The notes under the pieces are model-generated. The model did no database searches, was not told where the DNA came from, and was given only the letters and a program-made list of their open reading frames with translations. A stretch of DNA of 64,000 nucleotides from Alphaproteobacteria bacterium (GTDB lineage: Bacteria; Pseudomonadota; Alphaproteobacteria; Rs-D84; CACZYB01). The stretch lies in assembly GCA_016297965.1 (NCBI GenBank), contig JAEDDP010000001.1:139347-203346 (forward strand). The letters are read 5' to 3'. Position numbers and translations under genes: made by a program. Positions 60,208 to 64,000 of the stretch are shown in pieces (the stretch's first letter is position 1; the number at the start of each line of letters is the position of its first letter).

Positions 60208-62064
60208 ATGAGAAAAGTTTTTGTTTCGGTGTTGGTGCTTTCCGCTTTTGTGGCGAATATGGATTGTTATGGTGCAAGGAAAAGAAAATCATCCAAAAAT
60301 GCCAGAACGGCAAGCATTCGTGAACGTTCTGTAAAAAGGATGGTTTCGTCAACGGCGTCTTCGTATTCATTGGCAACATCATCGTACAGTTCTTCACTTC
60401 TTGAAAACCTTTCCCGATTTCAAAGTTCCGTTTTTGGTGAAAAGTTGATGTATGGAAAGTCGTATGCTCTTCAAGATATGTTTACGATTGCGACACATTC
60501 CTATTATTACAAAAATGGGTCGCAGGCGGAATTAAAGGAACAATTTTGTTTCGGTCCATATATGAAACTTACCGGTGTTGGGGCAAGCAGTTCCGCAACA
60601 TCTTCGGTGGTGGAAGCAAACGGTTCGTTGCAATGTGTTGATTTGGAAAAGGATACAATTTATTCTCTTTCATTATTGGATGCGACCGATGGGCAAATTG
60701 AAAATGCACTTCATACGTCTTCGGTGTCCGGTGTGGTAAGTGGAGACCAAAGGGTTGCCTATGTTTCGCGGTCCGGAAATCCGATTGCAACACAATATTT
60801 TAATTCCGAAAAATATATTGATGTAAGTGAGTATGCAAAGAAAATTAACGAAGCGGTTGCAATGGCGAAGTCTTCGTGTGGTTCATTTAAAAGTGATATG
60901 GATAAGTTGAAAAGTCAACTTGGGTTTGGGGTTGCACTTTCATCCGGAATTGGTGTGGCATTGTCGGGGGCAAGTACCGGTGTTGGTATTTACAATATAA
61001 AAAAGACAAATGAAGTTCAATCCACAATTAAGAAACAAGAAAATATGCAAAAGAACCTTGAAGAAATTGCAAGGTCAAGTGATACCGGTTATCAGGAGGT
61101 GAAGGATAAAAATTCAGGAAAGTTTGATGTAAGTCAAAAGGCAGAGAAAGAGATTATTGCAGATAAAAGAACTTATAAAACAAAGAATGAAATATCGAAA
61201 ATTACGGATTTAAGAAGTTTGAATGCAACTTTGGTGAATAAAGAGAGTTGTGAACATATTGAAAGTTTTAAAGAGTATTGTGATAAATTGAATAATAAAT
61301 GTAAAGATTTGCCTTCCAGTGAGAATGTTAACGATTATTTGAAAGGAATGCAAGCCTATTCCGGTGGTGATGAATATTATGAAGGATGTTTTTCTGGTTC
61401 TGATGAAAACTTAACATTTGTAGATAGTATTTATTATGAATTGAAGGATGGGGAAAAAACTGATAAAGAATGTACAGGTTCTGATAAAAGTAAGTGTACA
61501 GAAGAACCTAAAAAAAATTGTGTTGAGTTAAAGAATGATTTTAATGCTTTTGAAAACTTAACATTTGTAGATAGTATTTATTATGAATTGAAGGATGGGG
61601 AAAAAACTGATAAAGAATGTACAGGTTCTGATAAAAGTAAGTGTACAGAAGAACCTAAAAAAAATTGTGTTGAGTTAAAGAATGATTTTAATGCTTTGTC
61701 GGAAGATGCAAAAAGAAGATGGATTTTCCAAAAGGATTATAATACTTATTCAGATTTAAAGAAACAATGTGATGTTGCGAATGGTAAGGTGGATACGGTT
61801 AATAAGTCAAGCGAACAATACAAAAAGTATGTTGACAGTGTTGATTCATCAATGAAGACATCCCGTAATTTGGATATTGTACAGGCAGGATTAAGTGGTG
61901 CGTCCACAATTGCCAGTGGTGTTTCTCTTGGGTTTTCCGTTTCCGCAATTGGTACGGTTGGTGATGCGATTGATGAACTTTCAAAATGTAATGCTGCCAT
62001 TTCAAAGTTAAGAAATGTTTATGGTGAATACAAGGCGGAATTAGAGGCGGATGAGGAGGAATAA
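60208..62064 (+). CDS. Secreted/surface protein with RS-rich post-signal motif and an exact 49-aa internal duplication
   Basis: SD taggagaaa; signal peptide then GARKRKSSKNARTASIRERS; Ser-rich tract; C-terminal Gly/Ala/Ser-rich ASGVSLGFSVSAIG domain shared with the next gene. Confidence 0.65.
   Translation: MRKVFVSVLVLSAFVANMDCYGARKRKSSKNARTASIRERSVKRMVSSTASSYSLATSSYSSSLLENLSRFQSSVFGEKLMYGKSYALQDMFTIATHSYYYKNGSQAELKEQFCFGPYMKLTGVGASSSATSSVVEANGSLQCVDLEKDTIYSLSLLDATDGQIENALHTSSVSGVVSGDQRVAYVSRSGNPIATQYFNSEKYIDVSEYAKKINEAVAMAKSSCGSFKSDMDKLKSQLGFGVALSSGIGVALSGASTGVGIYNIKKTNEVQSTIKKQENMQKNLEEIARSSDTGYQEVKDKNSGKFDVSQKAEKEIIADKRTYKTKNEISKITDLRSLNATLVNKESCEHIESFKEYCDKLNNKCKDLPSSENVNDYLKGMQAYSGGDEYYEGCFSGSDENLTFVDSIYYELKDGEKTDKECTGSDKSKCTEEPKKNCVELKNDFNAFENLTFVDSIYYELKDGEKTDKECTGSDKSKCTEEPKKNCVELKNDFNALSEDAKRRWIFQKDYNTYSDLKKQCDVANGKVDTVNKSSEQYKKYVDSVDSSMKTSRNLDIVQAGLSGASTIASGVSLGFSVSAIGTVGDAIDELSKCNAAISKLRNVYGEYKAELEADEEE
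61405..61698 (+). repeat. Perfect 2 x 147-bp in-frame tandem duplication inside the 60208-62064 gene
   Basis: gaaaacttaacatttgtagatagtatttattatgaattgaaggatgggg...aatgattttaatgcttt present twice consecutively (61405-61551, 61552-61698). Confidence 0.85.
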
Positions 62065-62065
62065 A

Positions 62066-62749
62066 ATGAAACAAGTAAGTAAAATATTGTTGTGTTTGGC
62101 GGTGTCGGTTTATTCCTTTGATACAATGGCGAAGTTGTCATCAAATTCCGTTAAAAATCAGGTTGTGAATATTGAGTATGCACTTTCAAAGTGTAATTTC
62201 AGTGCGAACGTGCTTAACGAAATTAAAAGTAAGACCGTGGGCGGGGCTGTTTCGTCAGGCGTTGCGACCATTGGTTCCGGTGTGGCAACGACAACCTCTA
62301 TTATCGCGGCGGTGAAAAGTTCAAAGTATGAGTATGAGTCAACGAATAGAGACAATTCCGCTGGGACAACAAATACTACCAATACGACCACTACCGAGAA
62401 TGAAGGTGAAAATCAGAATGAAGGTGAAAATCAGAATGAAGGTGAAAATCAGAATGAAGGTGGAAAAAAGAACGGAGGTGGAAAAAAGAACGGAGGAAAA
62501 GGAAACACGACAAATAATACAAGTAGATATGATACCTCAACAGAAGACAGGCGTGATGGTGTGAAAAAACTTAATTCTTCGTTGAAAAATTTGCGGGTGG
62601 CGTCGGCGATTGCGTCGGGTGTGGCAACCGGTGCGAACCTTGTGACCGTGACATTAAGTGGGACTTCGGTTTCGCAACTTGGGAAATTGATGGATGATGC
62701 CGATGATTGTGAAGGCGCACTTAATTCAATTATTATTTCGGAAAAATAA
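62066..62749 (+). CDS. Secreted/surface protein with hexapeptide (EGENQN) repeats and a C-terminal domain shared with the upstream gene
   Basis: SD gaggagga; signal peptide; Gly/Ala/Ser-rich AVSSGVATIGSGVATT and AIASGVATGANLVTVTLSG segments; 18-bp repeats. Confidence 0.65.
   Translation: MKQVSKILLCLAVSVYSFDTMAKLSSNSVKNQVVNIEYALSKCNFSANVLNEIKSKTVGGAVSSGVATIGSGVATTTSIIAAVKSSKYEYESTNRDNSAGTTNTTNTTTTENEGENQNEGENQNEGENQNEGGKKNGGGKKNGGKGNTTNNTSRYDTSTEDRRDGVKKLNSSLKNLRVASAIASGVATGANLVTVTLSGTSVSQLGKLMDDADDCEGALNSIIISEK
62402..62497 (+). repeat. 18-bp tandem repeats (3 perfect + 2-3 diverged copies) encoding EGENQN / GGKKNG
   Basis: gaaggtgaaaatcagaat x3 then ggtggaaaaaagaacgga x2. Confidence 0.85.
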
Positions 62750-62956
62750 AAAACGAATCTTTGTTTAAATAATAATAAAAATCCGGTTTGAAAGTCAATT
62801 TCAATGCCGGTTTTTATTTTGTGCTTGGTTTGTTTTCCTATATTCATAAAAATAATTGGAAAAATTTGTATTTTTAGTTTTTATCTTCTTAACTTTTACC
62901 TTTTTTTATGGTATCATTAAGGAATGAAGTCAAATAAGGAAGTAAGGGGAGAAAAA

Positions 62957-64000
62957 ATGATTGATGGAAATTTCGGATATAAATCAGGTGATGACGATAT
63001 TCAAAATTTTATTCCAAAAATTACGGTTATGGGTGTTGGCGGTGCAGGTTGTAATGCCGTTAATAATATGATTGCCCAAGGAATTGATGGTGTTGATTTT
63101 ATTGTGGCAAATACCGATGCGCAATCCTTACTTCAATCAAAGGCACCAAAAAAAATTCAACTTGGTAAACAAACAACAAAGGGATTTGGTGCGGGTTCCC
63201 GACCAGAGGTGGGACAAAAGGCCGCCGAGGAATCATCCAGTGAAATTACAGATGCGATAAAAAATGCAAACATTTTGTTTTTGACCGCCGGAATGGGTGG
63301 TGGAACCGGAAGTGGTGCGATGCCGGTTATTGCCGAACTTGCCCGTGAAAAGGGTATTTTGACCGTTGCAATTATTACTACTCCATTTGAATTTGAAGGA
63401 AAGAAAAAAGAAAAAATTGCACGTGAGGCATTGGAAAGATTGGTTCCAAATGTGGACTCCTATATCGTTCTTCCAAACCAAAATCTTTACCGTGTTGTTG
63501 ATAAACAAATGACCTTTTTGAATGCGTTTAAGGTGTCCGATAATGTCCTTTATGAAGGGGTAAGAAATATTACTGATTTGATACGGATACCGGGGACAAT
63601 CAACCTTGATTTTGCGGATATTCGTGCGGTTATGGAAAACAGTGGTCGTACGATTATTGGTACTTCTATTCAATCCGGTGTTGATAGGGCGATAAAGGCG
63701 GTTGATGGAGTCCTTATGAACCCAATGCTTCAAGGAAATGATGTGCGTGGGGCAAGGTCGGTCCTTGTAAACATTACGGCAAATCCGGAAAACCTTTCGT
63801 TGGATGAACCGGAAACTATTATGAATAATATTCGTTCTTCTATTGATAGTGATGAAACAAATTTTTATTTGGGAACTTGTTTTGATGTGTCAATGGGGGA
63901 TGATTTAAAGGTGGCGATTATTGCGACCGGACTTAATGAGGCGAGTGCCGGTTCGTTTATTCCATCGGCACATAAATATACTTCATCTTCGTTTACAGGC
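62957..64000 (+). CDS. ftsZ: Cell division GTPase FtsZ (3'-truncated by window end)
   Basis: GVGGAGCNAVNNM, tubulin signature GGGTGSG, T7 loop NLDFADIR; ORF runs off the window; no ftsA upstream. Confidence 0.9.
   Translation, partial: MIDGNFGYKSGDDDIQNFIPKITVMGVGGAGCNAVNNMIAQGIDGVDFIVANTDAQSLLQSKAPKKIQLGKQTTKGFGAGSRPEVGQKAAEESSSEITDAIKNANILFLTAGMGGGTGSGAMPVIAELAREKGILTVAIITTPFEFEGKKKEKIAREALERLVPNVDSYIVLPNQNLYRVVDKQMTFLNAFKVSDNVLYEGVRNITDLIRIPGTINLDFADIRAVMENSGRTIIGTSIQSGVDRAIKAVDGVLMNPMLQGNDVRGARSVLVNITANPENLSLDEPETIMNNIRSSIDSDETNFYLGTCFDVSMGDDLKVAIIATGLNEASAGSFIPSAHKYTSSSFTG

Noticed and set aside
63233-63733. 166-aa minus-strand ORF
   Set aside because: Antisense to ftsZ

Overview
This is a low-GC (~35-38% by eye), standard-code window from a Gram-negative bacterium, very probably an alphaproteobacterium. 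The lineage call rests on a GapR/DUF2312-like gene, a DUF1013-like gene upstream of a long acidic-insert RpoD, and a separated Tol-Pal system. Housekeeping genes are identified by motif-level reading of the translated ORFs: pal, thrS, a class A PBP, folD, grpE, yraN, yqgF, acpP, tolB, pyk, rpsA, cmk, clpX, ruvA, rpoD, fabF, tag, rlmD-like, cspA, efp, a MacAB/TolC-like efflux operon and a 3'-truncated ftsZ at the window edge. Their usual operon partners are absent (pal is 10 kb from tolB; ruvA has no ruvB; ftsZ has no ftsA; rpoD has no dnaG), which points to a rearranged, possibly host-restricted genome. Accessory content is rich. (1) A two-gene operon (34158-38381) encodes a giant 911-aa surface lipoprotein with a TbpB/fHbp-type C-terminal barrel signature, translationally coupled to a Slam-like (TPR + C-terminal barrel) outer-membrane translocon. 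I consider this the most exciting system in the window. (2) A degraded T7-like podovirus prophage remnant (about 50.2-59.9 kb) lies beside tRNA-Phe. It carries gp9 scaffold, gp10 capsid, gp11, gp12, gp13-like genes, a truncated terminase, a SleB-type lysis cassette, a TraT lipoprotein and a histone H1/Hc1-like lysine-repeat protein. (3) A family of paralogous Cys-rich secreted proteins sharing a post-signal-peptide Arg/Ser motif (19991-27977, 60208-62064). (4) Surface-protein genes with an identical 147-bp tandem duplication and 18-bp SSRs. (5) A protein built of 4-5 tandem transposase-type HTH domains between rpoD and fabF. (6) A metallothionein-like CxCGxGCKC module appended to GrpE and shared with a separate Cys/Lys-rich membrane protein. 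(7) Several candidate sRNAs, including a GC-rich structured intergenic island and two CU-rich (anti-SD-like) hairpin elements. All calls come from reading the sequence and translations; no database searches were run.
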